Shown: positions 32,887 to 33,142 of the stretch, in pieces
Numbering within the stretch: the first letter of the stretch is position 1
How the letters are laid out: each line of letters opens with the position of its first letter
From: a virus
Taxonomy: Duplodnaviria; Caudoviricetes
DNA: 33,142 nucleotides
Virus record (IMG/VR): IMGVR_UViG_3300027672_000042
Coordinates: 1-33,142 of that record
Reading direction: 5' to 3' (one strand)
Made by a program: the position numbers and the translations under genes
The notes under the pieces: model-generated
What the model was told of the DNA's origin: nothing
Databases searched by the model: none
What the model saw: the letters and a program-made list of their open reading frames with translations, nothing else

Positions 32887-33142
32887 ATGACCGAGAAAAG
32901 ATTGACACTAAACACAGAAAAAAGAAAATCTATTGAGGGTGTATTTCAAACACACTTTGAACTTAACAGTCCAAAGTATAAATTGCACACTCAAGCAATA
33001 GCTGACTACAACAATGCAAGAACTAAAATGAAAGTCCTAGCTGAAACAGTTGTAAGACATCATCAACCACAAGAGGACATTGACACAATTAGAAGTATGA
33101 TTGCTAAATACAATAGAAGTGGTGGAGAGTTGTATGAGGATA
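32887..33142 (+). CDS. Hypothetical protein, 3'-truncated by the window edge
   Basis: MTEKRLTLNTEKRKSIEGVFQTHFE..., open to the end; AAAGGA SD; in-frame upstream ATG at 32854. Confidence 0.7.
   Translation, partial: MTEKRLTLNTEKRKSIEGVFQTHFELNSPKYKLHTQAIADYNNARTKMKVLAETVVRHHQPQEDIDTIRSMIAKYNRSGGELYED

Overview
This window is most of the genome of an AT-rich, lytic-type tailed dsDNA phage with a podovirus-like layout. Gene content and composition suggest a marine SAR11-type 'pelagiphage' of the HTVC023P-like kind, which is an inference I could not verify. From left to right it holds: the end of a tail fibre/spike gene, a GT9-like glycosyltransferase, a tail stabilisation protein, several putative ejection proteins, and a holin-like gene plus an M15 peptidase. 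Next come an SNF2 helicase on the minus strand and a divergent replication operon (SSB-like, AEP primase, endonuclease VII, SF1 helicase, DUF3310, Leu762-type PolA). The rest is many microproteins, a free LAGLIDADG gene, a PD-(D/E)XK exonuclease, an HExxH protein, an isolated terS, a resolvase-like nuclease and a Gp88-like gene. No capsid, portal, TerL, integrase, tRNA, CRISPR array or reverse transcriptase was recognised. The most unusual signals are non-coding: (i) a ~320-nt multi-stem RNA candidate on the minus strand with its own promoter (~32480-32802); (ii) self-symmetric bidirectional sigma70 promoters that appear to give leaderless mRNAs; (iii) a recurring ATCCT box inside promoters, with an unannotated RHH-like candidate regulator; (iv) three co-oriented GCTTGNN heptamer arrays and a perfect DnaA box. 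In proteins, the notable signals are a shared xxGG motif in the putative ejection proteins and an unannotated metallothionein-like microprotein. All product calls come from motif recognition by eye, not database searches.
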